Sequence record: MT135025.1 | Length of the DNA stretch: 64,000 nt | Strand: one strand, 5' to 3' | Part shown: positions 15,986-25,414 of the stretch, piece after piece | Layout: each line of letters opens with the position of its first letter | Numbering within the stretch: the stretch's first letter is position 1 | Made by a program: the position numbers and the translations under genes | The notes under the pieces: generated by a model | Seen by the model: the letters and a program-made list of their open reading frames with translations, nothing else | Told to the model about the DNA's origin: nothing | Databases searched by the model: none

Positions 15986-16315
15986 ATGAAATTTAAACTA
16001 CCAACGTTTACACGACCTAACTGGCTCGACAACACAATCATTCTTGCTGAAGAAGCAAAATCACATCCGCGCATCACTGCTGCTGTTCTTGTTGCTGTAT
16101 TAGCAATGGGTTATGTGACTTACACTCGTGTACCTGCAATTGCATCATGTACGTGGACTGCTGTTATCGACCAATCAGTGCCATGGGACTTGTGGCGCCA
16201 TAACATGTGGAACAACAACTGTCAGTACTACAATGGCACACGTTGGATTGCGCTAGAAAAAGTCATGGACGTTGGTGCAGGTCACACTGAAGAGCTTGAG
16301 GATCTAGCACAATGA
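15986..16315 (+). CDS. hypothetical membrane-anchored protein
   Basis: one hydrophobic helix; GAG SD. Confidence 0.7.
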   Translation: MKFKLPTFTRPNWLDNTIILAEEAKSHPRITAAVLVAVLAMGYVTYTRVPAIASCTWTAVIDQSVPWDLWRHNMWNNNCQYYNGTRWIALEKVMDVGAGHTEELEDLAQ

Positions 16316-16491
16316 TCTTAGCAACGGCTGAAGAAGTGCAAGAATACTTAGACAAAGCGCGTGCATGGTTATGCACGCCGTCTGGTAGAATGTTCAATGA
16401 TTGTAAGTCTGTTGCTCGTACTGCATACGCTGAAGCACTAGCAAATGTAGACGGTAAAACTATCTACAATCTGAGACAAACAGAAAATTAA
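16312..16491 (+). CDS. hypothetical protein (59 aa)
   Basis: Manual translation MILATAEEVQEYLDKARAWLC...; ATGA overlap. Confidence 0.55.
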   Translation: MILATAEEVQEYLDKARAWLCTPSGRMFNDCKSVARTAYAEALANVDGKTIYNLRQTEN

Positions 16492-16558
16492 CAACATATT
16501 CATATTATATTAATGAATATTATATAACATTTCGATAAATACAAGTGAGTGAAATATA

Positions 16559-17320
16559 ATGAGTATTGCAACTACATCCGGTCATCGCTTTGGTATGCTT
16601 GTTGAATCAATTGCAACGGGCTTACGTGGTACTGTAATTGGTATCACACAATGTATCGCGGGGTGCGAACTGCTTGAAGTTCAGTCAAAAGACAACAAAG
16701 GCATCGCCCGAACACACGTTTTTAGCTCAAAACTGGTTGAAATTATCAATTCTGACCGTGTAGATGAGTACGAAGCTATCTTTGCTGAGACTAATACGAC
16801 TATGCCGATTCGTCTTGGTGATGAAGTAGAAGACACAGTTTCAGAAGCGAAAGGGATCGTAACTGAAATTCAATACTCAGTGAATGCAGCACCGAATGTG
16901 CTTTTGATCAAGCCATACTCAGAGCATGAGACGAATATTTATGCATCTGCGCGAGTCATTAGCTGTAAGAAAACGGGTCACTCGATTCACGATAAGATCA
17001 TCAACAATCGTTTAAAACGTGAGCGTGATGAGCTTAAAGTGGAACTGCTGCAAAAAGCTCGATGCATGGCAACTGGCGCGACTGGCTTAGTCACTGCCAT
17101 TTTCAATCAAGCTAGTGGAACAATCTCAGTTGGCATTCAGCCCGTGAGTAAAGAGGGACGACTACTCGATACTCATTATACTGACATTGAATTAGTCGAA
17201 ATCATCACTGAAGAAGCAAAGCAAATCGTTCAACCGAAAGAGACAAAGCTGAAGAAAAGTGGCTCACTGCGCTCTCATGAACTGTCTTCGCTGAAACGCA
17301 GTGGTATGCATACAGTGTAA
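16559..17320 (+). CDS. protein with three tandem SH3/KOW-like repeats
   Basis: Three ~65-aa units (G..V....TG..G.V..I.......V..Q......LVEII); GATAAATA upstream. Confidence 0.6.
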   Translation: MSIATTSGHRFGMLVESIATGLRGTVIGITQCIAGCELLEVQSKDNKGIARTHVFSSKLVEIINSDRVDEYEAIFAETNTTMPIRLGDEVEDTVSEAKGIVTEIQYSVNAAPNVLLIKPYSEHETNIYASARVISCKKTGHSIHDKIINNRLKRERDELKVELLQKARCMATGATGLVTAIFNQASGTISVGIQPVSKEGRLLDTHYTDIELVEIITEEAKQIVQPKETKLKKSGSLRSHELSSLKRSGMHTV

Positions 17321-17383
17321 GAAAACAAACTCGCGTTACATATGTTGCACGTGTGCAGGTAATTTAGCACAAGGAAGCACATT

Positions 17384-17851
17384 ATGAAAATCGCATTGTT
17401 ATTATTGACTGTGGCTTTACTGCCACAAATAGCGAACGCTCACGTTCATGACGATTGGATGACAGTTCACCGCGTGGATGTTCGCACTCATGAGCTAATA
17501 CATACAGCAAGTACGACCTCAACCAATCATCTTGCTGTTCTCACCATTGACTGTGATAAGTCAGTCACGTTATATGAAGCAAGAGACTATTTGATTGCCT
17601 CGAATCCGGATGACGTTTGGTATTCTATCGACGGAAATCCATATGTGCGAATCAAAAACGATCAGCTTAAACATCAAGCGTCTGTGACTACCTTTGTCGG
17701 TAGTATCAAGGCGATTGAGACACTTAAAACAGGAAATGAACTCGAATATGTTGTTAACAACAACGTTCGAGGAGTGAAATATTCGTATCACTTCAGTCTG
17801 AACGGGATGAATGATGCATACGAAGCATTAGGTGAATTATGTAAGTGGTAA
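17384..17851 (+). CDS. putative secreted/periplasmic protein
   Basis: Signal peptide ending ANA|H. Confidence 0.65.
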   Translation: MKIALLLLTVALLPQIANAHVHDDWMTVHRVDVRTHELIHTASTTSTNHLAVLTIDCDKSVTLYEARDYLIASNPDDVWYSIDGNPYVRIKNDQLKHQASVTTFVGSIKAIETLKTGNELEYVVNNNVRGVKYSYHFSLNGMNDAYEALGELCKW

Positions 17852-17855
17852 CACT

Positions 17856-18374
17856 ATGAAAATTATATTCTTGGATATTGACGGCGTTCTAAACAATGCT
17901 TTAGAAGCCGATGAGCACAAGGACGTGCTACTTAATGGTGAGTATCAAGGGATTTATTCTCCTCGATGCGTAGACCGCTTAAACGATCTCGTTGAAATGA
18001 CTGACGCACGCATTGTCCTTACCAGTGTGTGGCGTTGTGGTCTGTCAATTGATGAGATCAACACAGTGCTTCGAGCCATGGGAGTCAACGCTGAATGCAT
18101 TGGTAAAACAGATATACTCGATCACAAATACTCATGGGCGTTTCGTGGCAATGAGATTCTTAAATGGATTCATGACAACGAAGAGCTTATTGGTAAACGT
18201 AGATACGAGTATCGAAGCTATGTCATCTTAGATGATGACACTGATATGCTGTTATGGCAACGTCATAACTATGTAAACTGCGACCCTGAGATTGGCATGA
18301 CTGATCGCGTGGTCGCAAAAGCTGCTGCAATACTGAATAACGCACCTTGTACCGATACTGGTCAAGAGTTTTAA
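17856..18374 (+). CDS. HAD-superfamily protein (HAD_SAK_2-like)
   Basis: KIIFLDIDGVLN, IVLTSVWR, RGNEI..W, YVILDDD.DML..Q. Confidence 0.8.
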   Translation: MKIIFLDIDGVLNNALEADEHKDVLLNGEYQGIYSPRCVDRLNDLVEMTDARIVLTSVWRCGLSIDEINTVLRAMGVNAECIGKTDILDHKYSWAFRGNEILKWIHDNEELIGKRRYEYRSYVILDDDTDMLLWQRHNYVNCDPEIGMTDRVVAKAAAILNNAPCTDTGQEF

Positions 18375-18381
18375 AAAGTAG

Positions 18382-18410
18382 TTGACACGCACAATAAAAG
18401 ATGTAATAAT
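18382..18410 (+). promoter_or_regulatory. sigma70-type promoter for natV
   Basis: TTGACA-17 bp-AATAAT. Confidence 0.55.
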
Positions 18411-18448
18411 CTAATCTCAATCAACAATGACAAAATGGGGAGCCCAAC

Positions 18449-19474
18449 ATGTCACACGCAATCTTTATCGGACGTTTTCGTCCATTCCACAACGGTCATC
18501 TATCTGCAATCACTCAAGCATTCGACGCGCTTGACTTAGATAAGATGACTATCTTAATCGGTAGCTCTAACCGACATCGTTCAGTTAAAAACCCATTCGT
18601 GTTCGAAGAAGTACGCGATATGATGGGTGTTGCATTGCCTGATCACATTCGAAGCAAAGTTCGCTTTGTACCGCTTGGTGATTACGCGAAAGACGACGTT
18701 TGGCAGTCAAATGTTCGTTCTCGTGCAAGAGGCGCAACTCACATCGTTGGTTACGACAAAGACGAAAGCAGCTACTACCTCAAGTTATTCCCTGAGCTAA
18801 AGCTATTTCAACCTGAACCAGTGAAGATGTATAACAAAGTTATCTCTGCAACTGACTTCAGAGAACTGTACTTCAGTGAGATTCTACTGAATCACCCTGT
18901 AATGTCTGGTCTTATCCCTAAAGAAACGATGATGTTTCTTGATAACTGGAGCAAAACAGAGTTTTTCACTGAAATGAAAGCTGAATATGATAGCTCAGTG
19001 CGCGAAATCGAGAAGTTTAAAGACTATCCTTACCAAGGTCACTTGAATATCGCGTGTGCTGATAACGTTGTTACGTGTGCAGGTCATGTCCTTCTCGTTG
19101 AGCGTAAGTTCAACCCAGGCAAAGGCTGTTTAGCATTACCGGGCGGGCATAAGCATGAGAAAGAAACATTCTTAGATGCTGCGATTCGTGAACTGCAAGA
19201 AGAAACTAATATCAAAGTACCTGAAAAAGTACTGCGTGGCTCGCTTGTGGGTGAAAAGATGTTCGATAATCCAAATCGCTCTTACCCTCACACTCGCATC
19301 ACAATGGCATATCACTTGAAAGTGCAGCCAAACCCAGACAACACTTTCCCGAAAGTGAAACCTGCTGATGATGCTGTATCAGCGAAATGGTATTCACTGA
19401 GTGAAGTGCGCGACATGCAAGAACGTTTGTATGACGATCACTACCAAATCATTCAGTATTTCACTGGCATCTAA
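18449..19474 (+). CDS. natV: bifunctional NMN adenylyltransferase / Nudix ADP-ribose pyrophosphatase (NatV, NadM-Nudix type)
   Basis: FIGRFRPFHNGH (HxGH), ISATDFR, Nudix box GG..E..E...AAIRELQEET, HYQIIQYF; 341 aa. Confidence 0.93.
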   Translation: MSHAIFIGRFRPFHNGHLSAITQAFDALDLDKMTILIGSSNRHRSVKNPFVFEEVRDMMGVALPDHIRSKVRFVPLGDYAKDDVWQSNVRSRARGATHIVGYDKDESSYYLKLFPELKLFQPEPVKMYNKVISATDFRELYFSEILLNHPVMSGLIPKETMMFLDNWSKTEFFTEMKAEYDSSVREIEKFKDYPYQGHLNIACADNVVTCAGHVLLVERKFNPGKGCLALPGGHKHEKETFLDAAIRELQEETNIKVPEKVLRGSLVGEKMFDNPNRSYPHTRITMAYHLKVQPNPDNTFPKVKPADDAVSAKWYSLSEVRDMQERLYDDHYQIIQYFTGI

Positions 19475-19482
19475 TAACTAAC

Positions 19483-19502
19483 GGGGCAGTAATGCCCCTT
19501 TG
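19483..19502 (+). terminator. weak intrinsic terminator
   Basis: GGGGCA-GTAA-TGCCCC-TTTG. Confidence 0.55.
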
Positions 19503-19512
19503 AGGAAATATT

Positions 19513-19788
19513 ATGAACATCAATCTGCTTATTCGCAATGAAGTGAAGAACAACACGAGTCGTTATGCTACTGCATACGACATCATGGACGACATGCTTG
19601 AGAAGTTCCCTCAAGCGCGTGCCTCTGCTGCGAAAAACGATGGAACCATGAAGAACAGCACACTGCGACGTGAAATCGCTCGTGCTCTTGATAACTCAAG
19701 CAACTGGAAAGCAATCGGCAAGACCGAGACTGGTCGTAAACTATACGAACGCTTACCTAATGGCAATTCACTAGAGAACTTTGTATGA
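19513..19788 (+). CDS. hypothetical protein (possible winged helix)
   Basis: ORF with GAGG SD. Confidence 0.65.
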   Translation: MNINLLIRNEVKNNTSRYATAYDIMDDMLEKFPQARASAAKNDGTMKNSTLRREIARALDNSSNWKAIGKTETGRKLYERLPNGNSLENFV

Positions 19789-20411
19789 ACGCATATGACT
19801 TAGTAAGAAAAATGCAAAAGGTTGTTAACTCTTGCGAGACAATTGAACAACTACGTAATGCAAGAAAGTATCTCATGCGCTGTCAAGACTATGCACTAGA
19901 TGGTGGCAATGACAATTACATCACTACTATCATGGTAGAAGTTGATGACTTAGATGAACGCATCACCAATAAGATCGTTGAGTTGTCTGATACTCGTGGC
20001 ATGAACGCTATCGAAACTGGCATTATCAAAGTCGGCATTGATATTCATGGCGTAATTGATCAATCACCAGAGTTCTTCGCGCTGTTAAGCAAACTACCAG
20101 TTGAAGTGCATATCATCACTGGAATTAAAGAAGAGCTTGACACTGACGTGCCAGATGACTTAGAGTATGATCACTGGTTCTCTATTCATCAAGCATGTGA
20201 AGACGACGGCGTTGAAATCAAATACGACGAGAAAGGTCGCCCATGGGTTGATGATGAAATATGGAACAGCAAAAAAGCTGAATACTGTAAAGAGAATCAT
20301 ATCAACATCATGATTGATGACTCACCAACGTATGCTAGATCCTTCGAAGGTCTTGATACATTCTACTTGCAACTAACCAATACTGTTCGTGATGAATGGA
20401 GACGCAAATGA
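19785..20411 (+). CDS. hypothetical protein with C-terminal HAD-like domain
   Basis: KVGIDIHGVID ... MIDDSP motifs. Confidence 0.6.
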   Translation: MNAYDLVRKMQKVVNSCETIEQLRNARKYLMRCQDYALDGGNDNYITTIMVEVDDLDERITNKIVELSDTRGMNAIETGIIKVGIDIHGVIDQSPEFFALLSKLPVEVHIITGIKEELDTDVPDDLEYDHWFSIHQACEDDGVEIKYDEKGRPWVDDEIWNSKKAEYCKENHINIMIDDSPTYARSFEGLDTFYLQLTNTVRDEWRRK

Positions 20412-20593
20412 AATCATTCGGAATTATAGATCGAGAAGGTAGACATCTACTTGAACTCGATATTGACAATGAGATAAAAGTCATGGCAATCTTCTCTGAA
20501 ATTGAAGATGCTCATCGTGTGCTGTACAAATTTGGCTTTGATAAGCAAGGCTTTCGCATAATCGAACTAAAACCACTTGAGAAGAAAGTATGA
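20408..20593 (+). CDS. hypothetical protein
   Basis: ATGA-coupled ORF. Confidence 0.6.
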   Translation: MKSFGIIDREGRHLLELDIDNEIKVMAIFSEIEDAHRVLYKFGFDKQGFRIIELKPLEKKV

Positions 20594-20799
20594 ACGTAGC
20601 ACAAGTAATGTCACAACACGCATCAATCCAATATGCTTTGATTAGCTATCTTGATGCTCAATACGACGGCGAAGGTCATATCGAATATGCTGAATACTTC
20701 GAAGACATTCAAGCGTGGGAAGTTCAATACTACGATGGTGAATTCCTACACGAGCTAACCGTGACCGCACAAGCAATTGAGCAATGGATGAACAAATGA
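20590..20799 (+). CDS. hypothetical acidic protein
   Basis: ATGA-coupled ORF. Confidence 0.6.
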   Translation: MNVAQVMSQHASIQYALISYLDAQYDGEGHIEYAEYFEDIQAWEVQYYDGEFLHELTVTAQAIEQWMNK

Positions 20800-21002
20800 T
20801 CGACCAAACAATGTCCGACTACAGTCGCATCATGAATGCAATCGAAACGTATTTGGACTTACGTTCTTATCAATACACTGATGTCATTCAATATGATAAA
20901 GAACGTAAAGGCTTTGATGTCGCGATTGTTGAAGAAACAGAAAACGGATCCGAATACCTAGATGTATTCGTGCCAAACGAAAGGCTAGAAACATTCCTAT
21001 GA
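20796..21002 (+). CDS. hypothetical acidic protein
   Basis: ATGA-coupled ORF. Confidence 0.6.
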   Translation: MIDQTMSDYSRIMNAIETYLDLRSYQYTDVIQYDKERKGFDVAIVEETENGSEYLDVFVPNERLETFL

Positions 21003-21232
21003 ATATAAACGATGTAATGATCTCACACGAGCAAATCATGAAGTCATTGCATCGTGTCATAGAAAGTCGCACTGATAATCGCATTGTCGAAATCACTTAC
21101 GATAAAGACAAAATGTATTTCATTGTGACTCTAAGCTCATCCGATGCCGTTGCTGATGAAATATATCAATGGAACTGCGTAGTCACCAACGAAACAATAG
21201 TCAATCAAATGCACATGGAGAAGTTCAGATGA
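20999..21232 (+). CDS. hypothetical protein
   Basis: ATGA-coupled ORF. Confidence 0.6.
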   Translation: MNINDVMISHEQIMKSLHRVIESRTDNRIVEITYDKDKMYFIVTLSSSDAVADEIYQWNCVVTNETIVNQMHMEKFR

Positions 21233-21402
21233 AACTACCAGAATACTTGAGCCACGTTACTGTAAAAGAAAACGTAATCATAATCGACTCAGCGCGAGAT
21301 AAAGCATTGGTCGTCGATTATCTAACATCAATCAAAGCACGCTTCCATATAGTTCAAAAGACTATTAGCCGCTGCGAAATCCACGTGAAGAGAACATCAT
21401 GA
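21229..21402 (+). CDS. hypothetical protein
   Basis: ATGA-coupled ORF. Confidence 0.55.
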   Translation: MKLPEYLSHVTVKENVIIIDSARDKALVVDYLTSIKARFHIVQKTISRCEIHVKRTS

Positions 21403-21728
21403 AAGAACTACTGAACACACTATCTAAAACTGAAATCGAAATCGCTAAACAGTTCGGTCTCGACCATCTATGGCACGGACTAGTAGACTGCACTAATAGC
21501 GTATTCGCTGCCGATAACGAAGATCTACTAAAAGCACGTGAATTCCAATACGCTGATACAGAGAAAGCAATCACAGAAGGCGACTGCTATGGCATTGAAG
21601 TATACGGCACAAGCGTATGGCTATCAACTGATGCCAAATACGTTTTGACTGTAGCTGATGACGGCTGTGGCAATCGAGACTTCTATATCTTTGATGCGTC
21701 TAAACACTCAGATTGCGAAATGTACTAA
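21399..21728 (+). CDS. hypothetical protein
   Basis: ATGA-coupled ORF. Confidence 0.65.
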   Translation: MKELLNTLSKTEIEIAKQFGLDHLWHGLVDCTNSVFAADNEDLLKAREFQYADTEKAITEGDCYGIEVYGTSVWLSTDAKYVLTVADDGCGNRDFYIFDASKHSDCEMY

Positions 21729-21738
21729 AAAGTAATAA

Positions 21739-21774
21739 AAAGGGTTGACAGATGTCAGCCCTTTCGCGTATCAT
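21739..21774 (+). promoter_or_regulatory. terminator/early-promoter cassette
   Basis: AAAGGGTTGAC-AGAT-GTCAGCCCTTT with TTGACA...TATCAT. Confidence 0.75.
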
Positions 21775-21804
21775 ACACATATCAAATCAAGAAAGGAAAA
21801 CATT

Positions 21805-21996
21805 ATGTTCATCGTAACTATGCTAGGCGCAGTAATGTTCATCATTCTATTACTCGTGCTCGTAAACGAAATGCGCCCATTCATGACAGAAGAAAACAAA
21901 ACAATGTCATTGACGTTCGGCGTAGCTATCAGCTTAATCAATCTGTTCTTTATTACAAAGTACGCAAGTCTATTCCAATTACTACTGGAGAAATAA
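21805..21996 (+). CDS. small membrane protein
   Basis: two hydrophobic helices; AGGA SD. Confidence 0.65.
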   Translation: MFIVTMLGAVMFIILLLVLVNEMRPFMTEENKTMSLTFGVAISLINLFFITKYASLFQLLLEK

Positions 21997-21999
21997 ATC

Positions 22000-22155
22000 A
22001 TGTCACTAACCGCTATGCTTCTGATATTACTATGCTGTGCAATACTAACTGGCATTAGTGTATTCAGCTTCATCAACAAACCAGGAATTTTTAGCTTACT
22101 GTTCTCATTCGTATTCGGCACAGTATCTTATATCATGCTAATGGCTATCGTATGA
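22000..22155 (+). CDS. small membrane protein (51 aa)
   Basis: Manual translation MSLTAMLLILLCCAILTG...; GGAG SD. Confidence 0.6.
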   Translation: MSLTAMLLILLCCAILTGISVFSFINKPGIFSLLFSFVFGTVSYIMLMAIV

Positions 22156-22484
22156 GCGCAATGCTAATGATGCAAATCGGTGTATCTCTAATGATATTCG
22201 GCATCGCTCTACTCGTGCTCGGCAATATCACTATATGGTTTAAACGTAGAGAGAAAACTATGACACAAACAACTCAAACAATCCGCGCTGTCTGTATCGA
22301 CAATCAATCAACTCGTATAGACAAACCAGAACCGCCTACTGGCTTGACAGAAGGCAAAGAGTATGTCGTTCACATGTATAACGTAAACGAACATATCAAC
22401 AAACCACCTATGATTCGTATCACTAACGATCTAGGTCAACGCGCAAGCTATGTCGCTGCTCGATTCAATCTAATAGTAGGATAA
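22152..22484 (+). CDS. hypothetical protein (N-terminal TM; possible internal start at 22260)
   Basis: ORF; GAGAG SD before internal MTQTTQ. Confidence 0.55.
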   Translation: MSAMLMMQIGVSLMIFGIALLVLGNITIWFKRREKTMTQTTQTIRAVCIDNQSTRIDKPEPPTGLTEGKEYVVHMYNVNEHINKPPMIRITNDLGQRASYVAARFNLIVG

Positions 22485-22487
22485 AAC

Positions 22488-22655
22488 ATGTTCGCACTAT
22501 CACTCTTAATGCTTATTCTCGTTGTATATCTGTTTGTAACCGATAAAACAAAACGCACTATACCTTTCGTGGTACTGCTAATGGCAACTGCGTTTAACTC
22601 TATCATACACTATTACCTCATGGATATTCTCTCATTGAGCGTTAGTCTATCGTAA
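22488..22655 (+). CDS. small membrane protein (55 aa)
   Basis: Manual translation MFALSLLMLILVVYLF...; AGGA SD. Confidence 0.55.
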   Translation: MFALSLLMLILVVYLFVTDKTKRTIPFVVLLMATAFNSIIHYYLMDILSLSVSLS

Positions 22656-23198
22656 TAGCTTCTATCAGATAGTACCTAAAAACCGCTTAGAATGCGATTC
22701 AGAGCGTGTCAGAGCATGGTACAGATACAATGCTTTTTAATATATCGCACCATGCCTCGTTAAAATCATCTTGGTAAGGAAAACCGTGTAAAAAGCCAGT
22801 TGGTCAGATACGGTAAGTTACTGAAAAAACTTCGGAAATACACGATTTTAAGCAGTTGAAAGACTATGCTGCAACACGTGTGTAATATAGTGAAAAAATC
22901 GGTGAACCCTCATCGGCTCCTGTGTAGAAAAATGCAGTTGCGGATGGTACTCGCCTTATGAAAATCTAAATCGCTTCGCATCTTTCCGCTTGACAGCCAA
23001 TGCCATCCTGTGAGAGAATGAGAAGAGATTTGAACCGCCGACGGAGGTAATTGTGATTACATTGGCGTTATTTTATATGAGTCGCGACATGCAATACAGT
23101 GAGCGACCAAGTGACTTGTATCTCGGTACATGTATTTTAGACTTTGCATTAATCATTACGTTGTTCTGTGGTGTAATGATGTTCACGGGGAATTGGTA
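22656..23198. other. largest gene-poor gap in window; candidate replication origin
   Basis: No ORF with convincing SD; C>G on left flank, G>C on right flank. Confidence 0.4.
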
Positions 23199-23507
23199 AT
23201 GAGACGATTTAAACTTGGTAATCTCTTACGCGGTGGCTTTGCTGGTGATTTTGAGACGATAGAAGAAGCATGGGAGAAGCTTGGTTCACGCTTTCTACTG
23301 TCATTTCCGTGTGATGCATGGTCAAAAGAGCGTGGTGTTTACATCAATGAAGACGGCGGTCGGCATGTTTACATGTATGTAAAAGAAGAGAACAAGTATG
23401 GTCATCTTGATTGGGCTATGTGTAAAGGTGATGTGTTTTATATGAAAGACCGTGTGCCGGTTACTGCTGACGATTATGAATACTGTCGTGATGCTGAATT
23501 TTTCTAA
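23199..23507 (+). CDS. hypothetical protein
   Basis: ORF, ATG 23199. Confidence 0.6.
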   Translation: MRRFKLGNLLRGGFAGDFETIEEAWEKLGSRFLLSFPCDAWSKERGVYINEDGGRHVYMYVKEENKYGHLDWAMCKGDVFYMKDRVPVTADDYEYCRDAEFF

Positions 23508-23516
23508 GGGTTAAAG

Positions 23517-24122
23517 ATGAAAAGAGTTGAGTTACACAAGAAAGTGGTAGACAAGCAAGCTGTTCTTCCAGATCATTCTCATGTGCAAGTTGAGACGTAT
23601 TACCACACGTACAAGGGTTACATGAATTATCTAACTGATTTGCGTGGTGTAGATGGTGATCAGTATCTGCTTGTTACAGATGATGGTCGTTTTGTTCGAG
23701 TAGAAGAGAAGCATCTAAACGGTCAAGAGCAGAAACAGCGCAAGATCAGTGGTGGTTTAATTGATGTACGAGCGAGACTGGGGTTGAGTGGTAAAGATCC
23801 CGATTGGTATGACTGTATCTGGCGTAATGGTAAGATTGTTTACAAGTACCGCGAGACAGATTTCGTTACTGAAGAACACGAGCTAGTGGTTGGTGAGATA
23901 GTAGACATTTATGAGTCTAACGACTTTAATGGTGATTATCCGCATGATGCTACAGTGGTGTTATCTAGACCGAAGCAGATGGTGCTTGAGGCGTATGGTA
24001 AACTAGTAGTGTTTACAGTGCCGAAAGAGCCATGTGGTGATAGTTTAGTCTCTGACTGTGGTGATTATCGTATTGCTGGTAATTACGCAGGTAGTGAATA
24101 CAACGAAGAACTGCATTCGTAA
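23517..24122 (+). CDS. hypothetical protein
   Basis: 201 aa ORF, AAGGG SD. Confidence 0.7.
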   Translation: MKRVELHKKVVDKQAVLPDHSHVQVETYYHTYKGYMNYLTDLRGVDGDQYLLVTDDGRFVRVEEKHLNGQEQKQRKISGGLIDVRARLGLSGKDPDWYDCIWRNGKIVYKYRETDFVTEEHELVVGEIVDIYESNDFNGDYPHDATVVLSRPKQMVLEAYGKLVVFTVPKEPCGDSLVSDCGDYRIAGNYAGSEYNEELHS

Positions 24123-24129
24123 TTAAAGA

Positions 24130-24165
24130 AAAGGGTTGACGCTTGTCAGCCCTTTCTTGTATTAT
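24130..24165 (+). promoter_or_regulatory. terminator/early-promoter cassette
   Basis: AAAGGGTTGAC-GCTT-GTCAGCCCTTT, TATTAT, ATCGAAACGACATCGACTAAC leader. Confidence 0.8.
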
Positions 24166-24206
24166 CTCTATATCGAAACGACATCGACTAACAGAGAGAG
24201 AAAATT

Positions 24207-24563
24207 ATGTTTTCAGCTACTATTATTCTGAATCAACTAACTGCTTCAAACCATGGTCATTCACGTCTTGTTGCTATGACTGGTGCTAAGAATATCATGC
24301 AATCTGTAGAAAATCGTTTTGTTTCTTTCAAGTTGCCGAAAGCAGTACGTGGTATTAACTACGTGAAAATCACTCTGACTGACGCTGATTTGTATGATAT
24401 TGAGTTTGGTAAGCAATCTAGCAAAGCTTGTCCAGACATGAAAGCAATTGGTATTAAAGTGATGATGCCGCATTACGCTCAGAAGAAAGTCGTAAATGGT
24501 GTATACAACGACATGCTAAAAGAGATTTTCGAGCAAGAAACTGGTCTTTATTTGTCACTTTAA
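24207..24563 (+). CDS. conserved phage early hypothetical protein
   Basis: ILNQL....L.AMTGAK...SFKLP...N.VKITL..DLYD.EF pattern. Confidence 0.7.
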   Translation: MFSATIILNQLTASNHGHSRLVAMTGAKNIMQSVENRFVSFKLPKAVRGINYVKITLTDADLYDIEFGKQSSKACPDMKAIGIKVMMPHYAQKKVVNGVYNDMLKEIFEQETGLYLSL

Positions 24564-24567
24564 GCAA

Positions 24568-24603
24568 AAAGTGGTTGCATGGTGTAGCCACTTACTGTAT
24601 TAT
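24568..24603 (+). promoter_or_regulatory. terminator/early-promoter cassette
   Basis: AAGTGGTTGCA-TGG-TGTAGCCACTT, TTGCAT-17 bp-TATTAT. Confidence 0.75.
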
Positions 24604-24642
24604 CTCTATATCGAAACGAGAACGACTAACAGAGAGAACATT

Positions 24643-24924
24643 ATGTTTAACCAAGTAGAAAGCAAAATCTGTGAATTCAAGACACGCATCGAAGCTAACG
24701 AAGAGCCGACTATCGTATGGCCCGAGTTAGCAGAGTACATCGAAACTCTATTGAAATTCGCTGGTGTTACTATTGGTTGGGGTGATTTCAATGAAATGAT
24801 TATTGAACATATCTCTAGTTGGGAAGATGTATCGTGGGAATACACTGAAGCGCGTTACCAGCCAAACAACATTGAGCTTGTGAAGTCTATTCTATTGCCA
24901 TTTGCAGTGTTCAAAAACTACTAA
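24643..24924 (+). CDS. hypothetical early protein
   Basis: GAGAGAACATTATG start context. Confidence 0.7.
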   Translation: MFNQVESKICEFKTRIEANEEPTIVWPELAEYIETLLKFAGVTIGWGDFNEMIIEHISSWEDVSWEYTEARYQPNNIELVKSILLPFAVFKNY

Positions 24925-24948
24925 TTCGCCAAAAAAAGAGAGAAAATT

Positions 24949-25338
24949 ATGCAAAATAACAGCGAAATTCGCCGTGTAATCAGCGAAAAAGCACTTGAAT
25001 TACGTCAAAACACCGAGATTTTGAGTGATGACGACTCTTACACGTGTCATATTCTTGAAGATCACGTTGCTGACACGCTTGGCGAGCATTGTCGCTTAGA
25101 AAGTATGCTTCTCATTCATGATCTTGGTATTGCTTTTTGTAAGCATGTACGCGCTGAGCCAGAAGCGGTTTTCGGTCGTGAATTGAACCCGACTGTGATT
25201 GAATACATCGACGAGATACTTACACACAAGCTTACTGCATTCGTACATAGCATTTCGCGTGCATTTGGTGATGACGATGGTATTGAGTTTGCAGATGTGC
25301 GTAAAGCATGGTTAAAATTCTTGATTAATTCACTATAA
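24949..25338 (+). CDS. hypothetical protein, paralog of 25675-26088
   Basis: AFVHSISRAFG...RKAWLKFL. Confidence 0.7.
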   Translation: MQNNSEIRRVISEKALELRQNTEILSDDDSYTCHILEDHVADTLGEHCRLESMLLIHDLGIAFCKHVRAEPEAVFGRELNPTVIEYIDEILTHKLTAFVHSISRAFGDDDGIEFADVRKAWLKFLINSL

Positions 25339-25345
25339 AATGCAA

Positions 25346-25381
25346 AAAGTGGTTGCGTGCTGTAGCCACTTTCTGTATTAT
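25346..25381 (+). promoter_or_regulatory. terminator/early-promoter cassette
   Basis: AAAGTGGTTGC-GTGCT-GTAGCCACTTT, TTGCGT-17 bp-TATTAT. Confidence 0.75.
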
Positions 25382-25414
25382 CTCTATATCGAAACGAGAT
25401 ACAGAGAGAACATT

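Noticed and set aside
22990-23019. TTGACA at 22990 as a promoter in the gene-free gap
   Set aside because: No convincing -10 at 16-18 bp (best is GAGAAT at 18 bp).
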